Below, in pieces: positions 19,201 to 28,151 of a stretch of DNA of 64,000 nucleotides; position 1 is the first letter of the stretch, and every line of letters begins with the position of its first letter. Origin of the DNA: a virus. The DNA lies in the IMG/VR virus record IMGVR_UViG_3300032893_000013, positions 1-64,000 of that record; one strand, 5' to 3'. The position numbers and the translations under genes were made by a program. A model generated the notes under the pieces. It was not told where the DNA came from. It did no database searches and saw only the letters and a program-made list of their open reading frames with translations.

Positions 19201-20032
19201 GCAGATGCTTTTCGCCGTTTTCCCAGTTGTCCCATCCGTACTCATCTGGCCTATCAAAATCTTCCTGATCGGCAGCGGGCTTACCGCCAGTGATTCCAAG
19301 AGCATCATTCAAGTAGCTGTGGCGAGCTTCGGGAGAAAGTTTTTCAAGAACCTTGTCGAATTCATGTTCTCCCATTTTACTTTTGGGATTGCGAAGGACT
19401 TCGCCAGCATGTTCAGCATTGAAAAGAGGGTGTTCGTAATAGGTGCCAGGGAGTTTGTTGGTATCGTACTTCCTGTTGCGCATCATCCTATCGAAAAGTT
19501 CCTGATCCATGGCAGGATGCTTCATCATCTCGGATGACATGGCAACAGTTGGCTTATTGACTATCGCAGCAAGGTGCTCTCGATTGAATGAAGGATTCTT
19601 TTGAAGCTCGTCGAGATTTTCTTTACCAACCTTTTCATAGTTGTTGATGACATTATGTAGGGCATCCGAAGAAAGCGGGAAATTGTGCATCAAACCGCGC
19701 AGTTTGTATTTTTGCCAAAATTGATCTTTTTTACCCGCTACAATTTCGTCAAGAACGTGACGGACGGCGGCATCGTTGTTTTCCGTATTATTCAGCTTGT
19801 GGCGCTTCAACATTCCGGCTAGAGCTTCAAGATCCGAGTCATTAAAGTGATCGTGGTATTGTCCAGACAAAAGTTCTCTATAGACTTCTGGGGTGAAGTT
19901 CTTGGAGCGAAAGTATTTTTCAACTTCAGCTTTTTGGGCCTGCTTGTTAGGCTCTTCATCGTTTATTTCAGAAAAATCTATAGGCGACAGCAGGCCATGT
20001 TTTTTGGGTATTTGCTCTTCTGAATCTGGCAT
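16253..20032 (-). CDS. 1259-aa multi-domain virion protein: LRV/HEAT-like repeats, acidic region, polyvalent-protein-type nuclease-like domain, C-terminal module after IRKSE
   Basis: Repeated (N/H)P-x-x-(T/S)PE-x-(I/L) helices; HPV..TLGWVRY..IDEVQTD. Confidence 0.7.
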   Translation of the reverse strand: MPDSEEQIPKKHGLLSPIDFSEINDEEPNKQAQKAEVEKYFRSKNFTPEVYRELLSGQYHDHFNDSDLEALAGMLKRHKLNNTENNDAAVRHVLDEIVAGKKDQFWQKYKLRGLMHNFPLSSDALHNVINNYEKVGKENLDELQKNPSFNREHLAAIVNKPTVAMSSEMMKHPAMDQELFDRMMRNRKYDTNKLPGTYYEHPLFNAEHAGEVLRNPKSKMGEHEFDKVLEKLSPEARHSYLNDALGITGGKPAADQEDFDRPDEYGWDNWENGEKHLPRMAQAAAESKYLTPDQIEHIKRHGDFDQKFALFNNANIDPKHALEMLSLWDQDAHRKGYDEDDLKKKFREEHEDNLWDDYREEAEQEVQEDNPLSDYLKNFSDDELSQAYFDKDYSDWKKEWLRENKGEEAVPNPNFMSDEPETDYNGHNPKTVKLKDLDDSELEDLPEYDGDLEDKSQEAFKSAMDNEQTPDSIYEGYDESNSDAVYQRMNEMFADELKNWSSSDKFLPRHVSEAVKAPWADEENITPEQLKQGLDHPLKMVRDTAAANENMTPELISHVLGGDYDDDMKKAVLSNTKNLRPEHIKQAIESGDVDLAKKALSNPKATPEHIQLALEKFPDDDSVAQKALDHAAAPNEMAQAIVNKAVEKGDYQAGLRAALEPHFNISPESLLGVMQKVPNAQSQEAAVRHPNATAEVINHALNSDATHIRKAAHHVQQRRFPPTADPVNVKLGTHPLRILRDFLDQNGGTMSKSKMKSMGVNTAPIDKLFSPKGTISSKDIQGYIDQMPGTGYNTSHSDWEGGQRHSDEKQGVFQLNYTQDQVAQMEKEGVLPTFQKIHEATFRSGHPVRPNTLGWVRYTGNPETGFHIDEVQTDFGQSMIKKVAEQAKEALRTGAISEEQAEDAMKRAKDYYPEEHVQKITNILFGNRHPSEVLHEAFKEYMRQKGFGNTPVHIWQPQSKAPISGQMTQIQIKDKGKAKELMEDAKKGNLDHGARALIAWGQKSKLAPASFKELKPEHLDAIGDAYEKYLSGIQDQNEAAYIQHVEDRKKDPHLELKQIEVPSLPVPLPVHMQEGYGNIPKKMKYSEGTYGELPTQSNPEHKGNPTYKEAIRKSEVDASTRTKVAMTLKAIKDNAETWNQLKESNPQAYEAIHKLVQSLISVFKRKTGEDPQALVHELEIQQQIEEQQAQMQQDGGGQPGQPSQPGQPAQDEPIHRRKMVYAPGSIRRYSSQDERIKGQSGEWSSFGGGLQDPSEGKNG

Positions 20033-20889
20033 TAGAATTTACCCCTGGCTAGATCGAAAAGAAGCTGATGTTCAGGATTATTTCTGAGATGTTCCCGCTC
20101 ACGTTTTTTCTTTTCGATATGACGCTTACTAGATTCTTTGAACTTTTTACGGCTTTCAGATTCATTTTTCATAGAGTGACGATCAATGTGTCGCTGAATT
20201 TCTTTGGCGTATTTTTCGTCTTGCTTCGCGCTTTGCTTCTGAAGATATTTGGTGATCTTTGCGATCATTTTCGCAATATGATCTTCCTTGTTCTTCTTGT
20301 CCTGCTGCATGATACCGGCCAAAGATTGAACCACAGAAACGACGCTGGCATAAATGTCAGGAGCCTGTTGTTGCAACTGATCGAACATTTGCTTGTTGGC
20401 TTGGACTTGTTGCAGGATCTGGGCGATCTGCATTTTTTCGTCCTCAGAAATCGGGACGTACTTTTCAGACTTCTGGATTTTGTCTTGTTCGCCAACGGCA
20501 ACGGATTGAGGCTCGATGCTTAATTCGCCATCGTCGTGCATTGTTGGAGTGTAGACTTTGATTGAGCCGGGGGCGGCGGTTCTAGCGTAATTCAACGCCT
20601 CAGTGGCTTCCTTGGCATCTTCACCAACGCCAACTGTATTGGCGACACCTAACTCATCAGAGAGGCGCTCATGAATCTCTTTCACAACGGAAGACTGGTC
20701 AGCCGGAACAACAACAATCTCATTGCCGTGAAGCTGACCGATAGCGCGGCCTCCTTTGGAGGTGACGAGCGAAAAAATCATTCGCCGCGCCGATTCTAAT
20801 TTTCTGTGCATTTCCGCGATTACTTCGACATCTTGCTTGTCGGCTTGAGCGTCTGAAAATCCGAAAACGACAACGATCTCATCAATCAT
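20032..20889 (-). CDS. Degenerate GGDEF/mCpol-like domain plus helical module after IQKSE
   Basis: GG-x-x-I....GNE; TVGVG..A..AL..A....I.VY pattern; catalytic acidic motifs altered. Confidence 0.5.
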   Translation of the reverse strand: MIDEIVVVFGFSDAQADKQDVEVIAEMHRKLESARRMIFSLVTSKGGRAIGQLHGNEIVVVPADQSSVVKEIHERLSDELGVANTVGVGEDAKEATEALNYARTAAPGSIKVYTPTMHDDGELSIEPQSVAVGEQDKIQKSEKYVPISEDEKMQIAQILQQVQANKQMFDQLQQQAPDIYASVVSVVQSLAGIMQQDKKNKEDHIAKMIAKITKYLQKQSAKQDEKYAKEIQRHIDRHSMKNESESRKKFKESSKRHIEKKKREREHLRNNPEHQLLFDLARGKF

Positions 20890-21932
20890 TAGTCCCTGAT
20901 CCGCTTAATGCTTTTGTAAAGAGCTTGGATGCTTTCCTGGTCCCAGTCGCCCTTGAACTTTAACGTAATGTTTTGGCCTTCGGTCTTCTTGACTTCAGGT
21001 CTTGATAGTGCCCGAAAACACGCGCAATCACTTACTGGCTGTCCGCAGTCAATGCACTTGTGCAGAAGTTCTGACTTCTGAACTGTCATCGTCTTTTCGG
21101 ATTGCGTCAGAGTCTTTGGCTGTTTCGGCTGTGGAACTGATGGCTTTGGAGCATTGAGCATCGGGTTCGCACTGATATTTGTTTTAGGTTTCGCGCTTAG
21201 ATCGGTATGAGCCGTCTTATCGCCATGCAAACCGGCTTGAGTCAGTCCTTGCTTGCCGCCTACATTCGATCCAGCCTTTGGAGGAGTAGGCATCTTGGGT
21301 GCAAGTCCGGCTTTTTTCAAGCCACGAACTGCATCAATAAACTTCTTGCGAACGTCGGGTTTTATCAGACCAAGAGCTTCTGAGTTGGCTTTTGCAATTT
21401 TTGCAAAATCTTTTGTCCACGGCTCATTTTTCTTCATCGAGGACTGACTGGCAATCAACATCATCAGTGCATTGATCTTGTCATCGAGCGCCCGCAGATG
21501 CTGGCGGATGTCTTCGTGCATTGACTCAGACTTTTCTGATTCTTCCGATTCCTCTGACTCTTCTTCCTCATCGTAGATTTCAAACGCGCTCATGATGTGA
21601 GCGGCTAGTTGAGGAATCGCAGTCAGATCAAATTCGTGAACAATCTTGCCATCTTTTACGATGAGTCCCTTGTAGACATCGGAATCGAGCTTAGTGACGG
21701 TCATTTTTGCTGACTCATCCCACGGAATTTCAACTTCCTTGGTCTGATCCTTTTCCATGCCCTTCAACTCTTTCATCAAGAAAGCGATGACGGCTTTGGG
21801 CGCGGTCTTCATGGCGGAATGAAGCTCTTCCAAGTCAACTACTGACTTGGTTCCGAGCTTAACGAGAGCTTTATTCAAGGACTCAAAAAGCTCCTCACCC
21901 ATAATGGATTTGAGGACCTTTGTCTGACTCAT
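20889..21932 (-). CDS. Putative internal head protein with C-terminal Zn-finger
   Basis: LNKA, SEKSE, MKKN, LKKA, VQKSE, LYKS motifs; CIDC..CAC. Confidence 0.7.
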   Translation of the reverse strand: MSQTKVLKSIMGEELFESLNKALVKLGTKSVVDLEELHSAMKTAPKAVIAFLMKELKGMEKDQTKEVEIPWDESAKMTVTKLDSDVYKGLIVKDGKIVHEFDLTAIPQLAAHIMSAFEIYDEEEESEESEESEKSESMHEDIRQHLRALDDKINALMMLIASQSSMKKNEPWTKDFAKIAKANSEALGLIKPDVRKKFIDAVRGLKKAGLAPKMPTPPKAGSNVGGKQGLTQAGLHGDKTAHTDLSAKPKTNISANPMLNAPKPSVPQPKQPKTLTQSEKTMTVQKSELLHKCIDCGQPVSDCACFRALSRPEVKKTEGQNITLKFKGDWDQESIQALYKSIKRIRD

Positions 21933-22355
21933 TTACGGCTCTTGAATTAGTTGCGTATCGTCTTTGACTTCATACAAGCCGACTTTATTAGAGTCAGTTT
22001 GAATGAAAGAGTTTTCGCCAGCGGCAAGTGGACTCCAAGAATTTGGAGGAAGCGGAATGCCATTCGTGAAACCTGTGGGAGCGGCGGGAGCGGCTGTTCC
22101 GAGTGCTACCCAGTGAACGACCGAATCGTTATTGTAGAGCCACAAAATAGATCCTGGATAGACTGAACCGCCTCCAGAAACATCTCTGCCTGAACAATAA
22201 GTGTTGCCCTGCTGTTTCATGAACTCAGGACCTACTGACATGACCTTGTGGCCGCCCGAGTAGTTATTGCCCTGCGATGAGGCCAATGCGCTTTGGTCAA
22301 GGGCAGATCCCTTGTTTACGCGCCGCATTTTTGTGTAAGCATTGTTAATTGCCAT
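21933..22355 (-). CDS. Small beta-rich virion protein
   Basis: AGGAG RBS; follows late motif. Confidence 0.7.
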   Translation of the reverse strand: MAINNAYTKMRRVNKGSALDQSALASSQGNNYSGGHKVMSVGPEFMKQQGNTYCSGRDVSGGGSVYPGSILWLYNNDSVVHWVALGTAAPAAPTGFTNGIPLPPNSWSPLAAGENSFIQTDSNKVGLYEVKDDTQLIQEP

Positions 22356-22385
22356 GGAAAGCTCCTGTGTTCGTACACTCCAAAA

Positions 22386-22410
22386 TTAAGATTTTGACCT
22401 AAATTATTGA
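22386..22410 (-). promoter_or_regulatory. Late-promoter-like motif copy
   Basis: TCA-ataat-TTA-ggtca-AAATCTTAA. Confidence 0.7.
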
Positions 22411-22418
22411 TTTCACTA

Positions 22419-23306
22419 TTATCTTGGGCCGGTATTGCCGCCGTCACCAGACTCCAAAACCTGCGCGGTGTCTTTGTCTTCCTGCGTTCTGTGCTGCAAA
22501 TAAACCCAATCGGCCTGAACCATTGCCAGCACCGGACCAGCCTTCGGAGTGACATTTCCGTCCGGTTCCAGCTTCGGTCGAATGCGGATGTCGTGAAGAA
22601 CCGTCTTGATGTAATAAAAGGGCTTGTAGGTGTACCGGATGGCGCAAACCTTGCCACTGCCGGTCTGTTCGTCGATTCCTGGCCGGGAGGCACCGTCGAT
22701 CCACTGAATGTAGCCATTAACTACCTGAAAGTGTTGATCTTTCTGATAGGCCACTCCGTCACTGTCGATCAAGAAAAGGACTTCGCACACCTTAAACTGC
22801 ATCCGGTCAATGCCGGTCGGATTGTGAGTAAATTTCTGCCAGTTGACTGAAAAAAATTCAGACGGCAATTCGCACGGAATGAGCTTGTCATTCTCCGAAA
22901 CTGTAATTTTTTCAGTCGTATCTTTGTAGTAGCGATCCATAGAGATCGTTGCGCCCGAAGCTCCGTAGAGGCCCGCCGCGATATTTTTGAAATCTTTGGA
23001 GTTGTTCATGAAGGTGCCGTAAATGACGCCCTTCTTGACATAGATGAAGCCGTTTTCGCGCTGAAAACGATCATTGTTCTCAAATTGCTGATTTCCGTCA
23101 TCGTAACCAAAGCTGTGACGAACGTCGCCAGCGTTGTGTTGAAGAATCGGATCGGGAACGCACATATAGTGGAAAAACTTGAGGCCCTGATTGGCAATGT
23201 GTAGATTTTCTGCCGCAAAGTCAGGACGAACCGCATCCCACGGATCGTTGTAATTGATGGGCGCGTTCTGAAACTCACCCGGTTTTCGTTGTGATTCGTC
23301 TGCCAT
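22419..23306 (-). CDS. Virion neck/head-closure-type protein
   Basis: CVP, NGFIY, AIRY-x-x-x-P-x-YYI..VLHDIR pattern reminiscent of SPO1/Twort neck proteins. Confidence 0.55.
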   Translation of the reverse strand: MADESQRKPGEFQNAPINYNDPWDAVRPDFAAENLHIANQGLKFFHYMCVPDPILQHNAGDVRHSFGYDDGNQQFENNDRFQRENGFIYVKKGVIYGTFMNNSKDFKNIAAGLYGASGATISMDRYYKDTTEKITVSENDKLIPCELPSEFFSVNWQKFTHNPTGIDRMQFKVCEVLFLIDSDGVAYQKDQHFQVVNGYIQWIDGASRPGIDEQTGSGKVCAIRYTYKPFYYIKTVLHDIRIRPKLEPDGNVTPKAGPVLAMVQADWVYLQHRTQEDKDTAQVLESGDGGNTGPR

Positions 23307-23307
23307 T

Positions 23308-23580
23308 TTATTCCTCGTTGGCGATCTTGCTTAGGACATCGCCATGACATGGCTTCGGAGAACACCAACAGCCAAGCACTTTACCTTTTAGTTCACGTTT
23401 GATGTCGGCCATCATTTGCGGCTGACTCCGAACGTATTCTTCGTACTTCCTTATCGCTTCTTCCCGACTTTCAACCACAAAATGGGCTTTAGTGTCGGCT
23501 TTGTGCGAATATGGATTGCCCCATTTTGACGGGCGACCAATATAAACATCGAATGGAGCTTTCTTGCAGTGGACAACCAC
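23308..23580 (-). CDS. DUF4326 family protein
   Basis: VVHCKK..DVYIGRPSKWGNPY...L-x-GKVLGCWCSP-x-PCHGDVL; GTG start overlapping upstream TAG. Confidence 0.85.
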   Translation of the reverse strand: MVVHCKKAPFDVYIGRPSKWGNPYSHKADTKAHFVVESREEAIRKYEEYVRSQPQMMADIKRELKGKVLGCWCSPKPCHGDVLSKIANEE

Positions 23581-24242
23581 TATTCGCTCCAGTTTCCAAG
23601 TCCACGGGGAGCACGAACTGTCGGATTGGCTCTTTGCCACGCCAACTGAAGCGCATATTCCTGGAATGGAGGTTTTTCGTCTTTCAACTCGTGATGCAGG
23701 TCCATATGCTTCTCATGCTCTCGCTTTGCATCTGAATGACCAAGGCCAGACATCTGGTAATGGCGAAGAGCAATGTCAGAGTGCATCAATTGTCGCATTT
23801 GTGAATCGTGAAGTTCGGGACTCCATTGATTGGGCTTCATCGTCTTGTGAGCGCGCTCCATTTCACGAGCCTTACCGGCCATCCGAGAATGATGAGACGC
23901 AAGATCGTAATGATTCTGAGGAGTGGACTCAAGAACGGGATTCCCCATGGCATCGCTCTGCTTTGGCTCTTGCTTCAGAAGGATTTCATTCAACTGTTGC
24001 ATTTTTTGCATATCTTCAGACTTGAACAAGCTGTCATTCCATTGAACGTTCTTGTGAACTTGCGAAGCCTGATGGATTGCAAATGAGCGGTGAGATCCCT
24101 GTCCCATGATTTCAAGAGCGCCGCCTTTGGTCTTCAAAACTACCATGTTGAGGCCGCCTTTGGTCAGAACGTGAAGGACATCTCCCTTGTCGGTTTTGCC
24201 AATCGTCTCTATTTTCTTAACATCGTCCGGAGTTAGCGTCAT
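23580..24242 (-). CDS. Putative internal head protein
   Basis: LFKSE, LLKQE motifs separate two domains. Confidence 0.65.
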   Translation of the reverse strand: MTLTPDDVKKIETIGKTDKGDVLHVLTKGGLNMVVLKTKGGALEIMGQGSHRSFAIHQASQVHKNVQWNDSLFKSEDMQKMQQLNEILLKQEPKQSDAMGNPVLESTPQNHYDLASHHSRMAGKAREMERAHKTMKPNQWSPELHDSQMRQLMHSDIALRHYQMSGLGHSDAKREHEKHMDLHHELKDEKPPFQEYALQLAWQRANPTVRAPRGLGNWSE

Positions 24243-26943
24243 TTGGTAGCCCCTTTGTCCATGCGGCGTTGATGACCGAATCAACAGGATTGTCGTTTGC
24301 CGCTTCCTGAAGTTTCGTCAGTCGTTCCACGACTGGTTTTGGATCTATGTAAAATTTGTTCATTATGTCGATCATGTCGTATTTGTTGAGCGATTGAAGC
24401 CAATGCTTTACATTCAGTTCAACTTCCTGACTGTCGATCTTTGGCATATGTTGGAATTTCTCTTCCGGACTCATGCTGTCTTTATAACCCCACATCCTCA
24501 AGATGTAGGGAACGAATACGTTCTTTTCGTGCGCAGGATCAAAAGTCATGTCTGCAAAGGAAGAGCCGTGGTCAATCATTTTAATGGATGATCCATCCGT
24601 CAATACGTTATTCCCGTGCGAATCTGCGTCGCCCAAAATATAAATCATGGCGGCGAGCTTGTGGAGATCACCCGACCGGCGATATTTGTCCAGCAAACCT
24701 TGCATGGCCTTTGGCCTTTCGCGCTCCATATCGACTCCAGCAATGTAAGCCTGTGGATACATGCGGATTGCGACTGCCGGAGTCGCTTCATTCTCTTTCC
24801 GCACAATCTCACCGAGAATTGCATGAGGCGTGTACATGCCGAGATTGAAGATCCGGTTGGCCAAATAGTAAAACGCCGTCTCTTTGACGGTTTGAAGGCC
24901 CTTGCTTACGGATTTAATGCCTGGACGCTCACCAAACGGCTCAACTTTTATGAGCCATGAGTTGTCAGGCTCAAAGCCAGCAACAAAACTCTTATGAGTG
25001 AATTTACCGACGTTGGAAATGTCATGTATCTGCCCGGACTTGATTGCGTCATTGATGAGCTTGATAGATCGAAAATTTTGCATCACATCCGTAAACGGAA
25101 CGAACTTTTCAATATCACCAAACTCGCCCTTTGAATGCGTTTCGGATTTTTTGAATGGCGCGTGCTCTTGTTGCTTTTCCAGTTCGAGCATTTGCTGATA
25201 TTTTCTGTATTTCTGAACGTATGGATGAAGTGGAATCTTTTCTTCTGGCGTTTCAAGCGTTTTGGTGATCCCGTTCAGCCACGCATAGGCCATCTTGTTC
25301 TGGTCACCGTCAAAAATGTTGCGCAGTCGATTCCAATGCGCGTTGGCAATGTCAACTTCGGCGGAAGGATGCCGCGTCATCAATTGGTGAACTTTGTCGT
25401 TGTCATGGTAATCGACGCCTTGAAATTCTGGATATTTGCGCATCAGGGCTGGATTCTTGCGAAGAGTTTCCATGATGGTCATAGGCATAAGGCCATATGC
25501 GCCATATGCGCTCGTACCAGCGTGCGGACCTTCTTCCATCATAGCGTGTGACGTATTGAGGCCGGAAGATGACTCGATCATCTTTATTGGCTTCAACCCC
25601 ATGGCTGGCATCATTGGTGCCCGTTGGATAGACTGAACCGGCTTGGGTTCAGTGACCTGTTGAACTGTGGCGGGCATATTTTCAACCGGCAGCTTATAAC
25701 CAGATTCCTGCGGCGCACCAACAAGCGCCAGGGCCGTAACTGCCGGAACTATTTTTTTCATCATGTTCTTTTCTAAATGTAGCACATCATCGTCGTTCAA
25801 GGAAGCGGTCATGATGTCGAACATATCAATAGTTTCAGGGAAGCCTTCAGTTTTTCTCAAATTTGCAGTTTTTACATCGCCATAATTGTCGGCGTTGTGT
25901 AATCCTTGCACTGGTTTGTCAGAATTCCAAAGGGGAAGAGGCTGAAACTGCATTGCCTTCGTAGAAATCTTGAACTTGCCTTCGGGATGACCAATAACCA
26001 ATTCAGCTTCATTTTCGTGAGCGTGCTGTTGGCCCGGAGTCGTGCGGTGAAAGCCAGAGTGAAGAACGGATTTCACGGGAATCCATTGGCTCATGACAAC
26101 GCCCTGGTCGCCCGGCTGATTTTTGATGTCAGACCGGCCCCAAACGAATCGAGAAGCCATTTCAGGATCGGCAGTCCAGCTTGTCAAGTGTGCGGTTGGG
26201 ATCAAGAAGTTCTTGTGATCGGCTTCATTCGTCTTTGGATCGTATTTGGCCTTTGCGCGAATCAATTGGCCATAATTGCCGTTGACGCCGCGATATAGCT
26301 TGATGTATGGGATGCCACGAAAATACTTCTTTGGAAGCGTATCATCTTCCATCACTTTCTTCTGAACTTCGCGGGCGTGCTCCATCATCGCAGGAATAAT
26401 GTGCATGAAATCCTTTGAAGATCCCACTAGGCCACGGTGATCCTTCAATTCTTCTGGCTTGCCAGTGAAAAGAGACTTTACGACCGCAAAATGATGAGGC
26501 TGGACCGACTTTTCATATCCATGCCAGAAGTCTGTCGCTTGGGTGAGAAGCTGATTCTTTTTGTTTCGGACAAAATGCGGATGGTTGAAAATGTAATTAG
26601 TGACGTAAGAATCGTTCATTCCCAATTCAGCAACGCGATTGAGAGTTTCGTTTGAAAGCGGCTCAGCTTCGGGATAATGTCCAGCCGCATCGCCAGGAAG
26701 ATGTCCGGCCAATTCAAAAAGGAACGACGGCAGATTCTGATGCTGAGTATGGTACTTGTTGCCCAAATGATTCAGAACTTTTTGAACAAAATGATCGGGA
26801 AGGGCGCCAGCACTTGGCAAACGCTGCCAAACGTCCCAATTGGCGGGAAGAGTCTTGGCATAATCGAACGCACGATCCCAGTCCTTGTTTTTGATTGCGT
26901 CAAAAACTGCCCGTTCATTTCTTTCGTGCGTTGCGTTGTCCAT
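24217..26943 (-). CDS. Polyprotein: R-S-E ADP-ribosyltransferase + lytic transglycosylase + PI3/4-kinase/HipA-like kinase
   Basis: LYRG..TSWT..ENEAE; IESS..GAYGLMP..AYAWLNG..YVQK; LIK..E-x-AFY..D-x-DSHGNN..IDHG. Confidence 0.8.
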   Translation of the reverse strand: MDNATHERNERAVFDAIKNKDWDRAFDYAKTLPANWDVWQRLPSAGALPDHFVQKVLNHLGNKYHTQHQNLPSFLFELAGHLPGDAAGHYPEAEPLSNETLNRVAELGMNDSYVTNYIFNHPHFVRNKKNQLLTQATDFWHGYEKSVQPHHFAVVKSLFTGKPEELKDHRGLVGSSKDFMHIIPAMMEHAREVQKKVMEDDTLPKKYFRGIPYIKLYRGVNGNYGQLIRAKAKYDPKTNEADHKNFLIPTAHLTSWTADPEMASRFVWGRSDIKNQPGDQGVVMSQWIPVKSVLHSGFHRTTPGQQHAHENEAELVIGHPEGKFKISTKAMQFQPLPLWNSDKPVQGLHNADNYGDVKTANLRKTEGFPETIDMFDIMTASLNDDDVLHLEKNMMKKIVPAVTALALVGAPQESGYKLPVENMPATVQQVTEPKPVQSIQRAPMMPAMGLKPIKMIESSSGLNTSHAMMEEGPHAGTSAYGAYGLMPMTIMETLRKNPALMRKYPEFQGVDYHDNDKVHQLMTRHPSAEVDIANAHWNRLRNIFDGDQNKMAYAWLNGITKTLETPEEKIPLHPYVQKYRKYQQMLELEKQQEHAPFKKSETHSKGEFGDIEKFVPFTDVMQNFRSIKLINDAIKSGQIHDISNVGKFTHKSFVAGFEPDNSWLIKVEPFGERPGIKSVSKGLQTVKETAFYYLANRIFNLGMYTPHAILGEIVRKENEATPAVAIRMYPQAYIAGVDMERERPKAMQGLLDKYRRSGDLHKLAAMIYILGDADSHGNNVLTDGSSIKMIDHGSSFADMTFDPAHEKNVFVPYILRMWGYKDSMSPEEKFQHMPKIDSQEVELNVKHWLQSLNKYDMIDIMNKFYIDPKPVVERLTKLQEAANDNPVDSVINAAWTKGLPNDANSGRC

Positions 26944-28151
26944 TACTTCCACCTGTGAATTGGAACTGACCATTCCATGACAGTGTGATCTGGGATGTCG
27001 ATTTTGACTTCTTTCATCGGAGTCTCAAGCTGCGCTCGAATATCGTCAAGAGAGCTTATGGATTTTTTCATATGCTCAGAACTTGCCAACTTCTTTTCGT
27101 CGCCCAATTGAACTGGAGGAAACATTTTGTTCATGTCGAGCTTGCTCTTGTCGCGCACAAAAATGTGGTGACGATCCGCTTCATACGCCGCAGACTCGCC
27201 AGGACTCATAAACGTATCCGCATCGGCTTTTGGATATTTCGCAATACGTCCACCGATGCCGGGAACGCTTCGGAATGACTTCCATGCCTTATGAGCTTCA
27301 GGCGACACGTTTGCTCCAGACGTGATTTGTCCCACGCCATGGACTAGACTCGCCATGTAAAGTTGGCGACCAAGACCTTTGCCTCGAACACTGGGATGAA
27401 CTTCAGACCACATTACAACGTTGGGATGCCTTCCGCCTTCCGCCATAGGATCTTCTTCGTGCTCAGTTTCCATGTACGCAAGCGGCTCCAAATTGTCTTT
27501 TGGATCGTACAGCGCATGGATGATTCGAGAATTGGGAAATTGCGGGAAATCTCTGCTAGGTTTACGTCGATACTGCCGATATTCCAGTCCATTGGGAAGA
27601 GCGACCTTTTTCACCTGGACATGAGCTTCGCTATTGGCCAAGTCAGGGAACGCTTTGTCTTTTCCTTCAGGAGAATAGCTCTCGAAACGAAGTGGAGCTT
27701 TTTGAAGATCCTCAGATTTTTTCGTCTGATTCTCAAAATTCAAATTGTGTTGCATGTACAGCGGGCCGTCAACGGTGTGAATTATGGTGTAATTGTCGGT
27801 CGGCTTGGATTTGGTCCAATTAGTGCCTTCTCCTGAAACTATTTTACCAACATCGGGACCATTGACATAATGAAGCTGATGCTTTCCCTCATTGGAGTGC
27901 AAAACAGATTCTTGACCAAAATCTTTGGCCATTTGCATGATGCCTTTGGTATTCTTCGGATTCTCAACCAAAATTGATCGTTCTGGCTCACCGTAAAATC
28001 CTTCAACGATATGGGCGTCTTCACCTTGCGAATTCAAAAACTTCGTCACATCTTCGATTGATGGATTCTGGGCATGAGCACTCTTGAAGCGCGGCTTCTC
28101 AGGCGTGAACATCATGTGATGGCTTGCGACAGGAGCAATGGCGTTACGCAT
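26943..28151 (-). CDS. Polyprotein: DUF3293-like domain + GNAT acetyltransferase
   Basis: G-x-YG-x-x-E-x-S..FGQESV; VHPSVRGKGLGRQLY..S-x-EA-x-x-x-W. Confidence 0.75.
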   Translation of the reverse strand: MRNAIAPVASHHMMFTPEKPRFKSAHAQNPSIEDVTKFLNSQGEDAHIVEGFYGEPERSILVENPKNTKGIMQMAKDFGQESVLHSNEGKHQLHYVNGPDVGKIVSGEGTNWTKSKPTDNYTIIHTVDGPLYMQHNLNFENQTKKSEDLQKAPLRFESYSPEGKDKAFPDLANSEAHVQVKKVALPNGLEYRQYRRKPSRDFPQFPNSRIIHALYDPKDNLEPLAYMETEHEEDPMAEGGRHPNVVMWSEVHPSVRGKGLGRQLYMASLVHGVGQITSGANVSPEAHKAWKSFRSVPGIGGRIAKYPKADADTFMSPGESAAYEADRHHIFVRDKSKLDMNKMFPPVQLGDEKKLASSEHMKKSISSLDDIRAQLETPMKEVKIDIPDHTVMEWSVPIHRWK

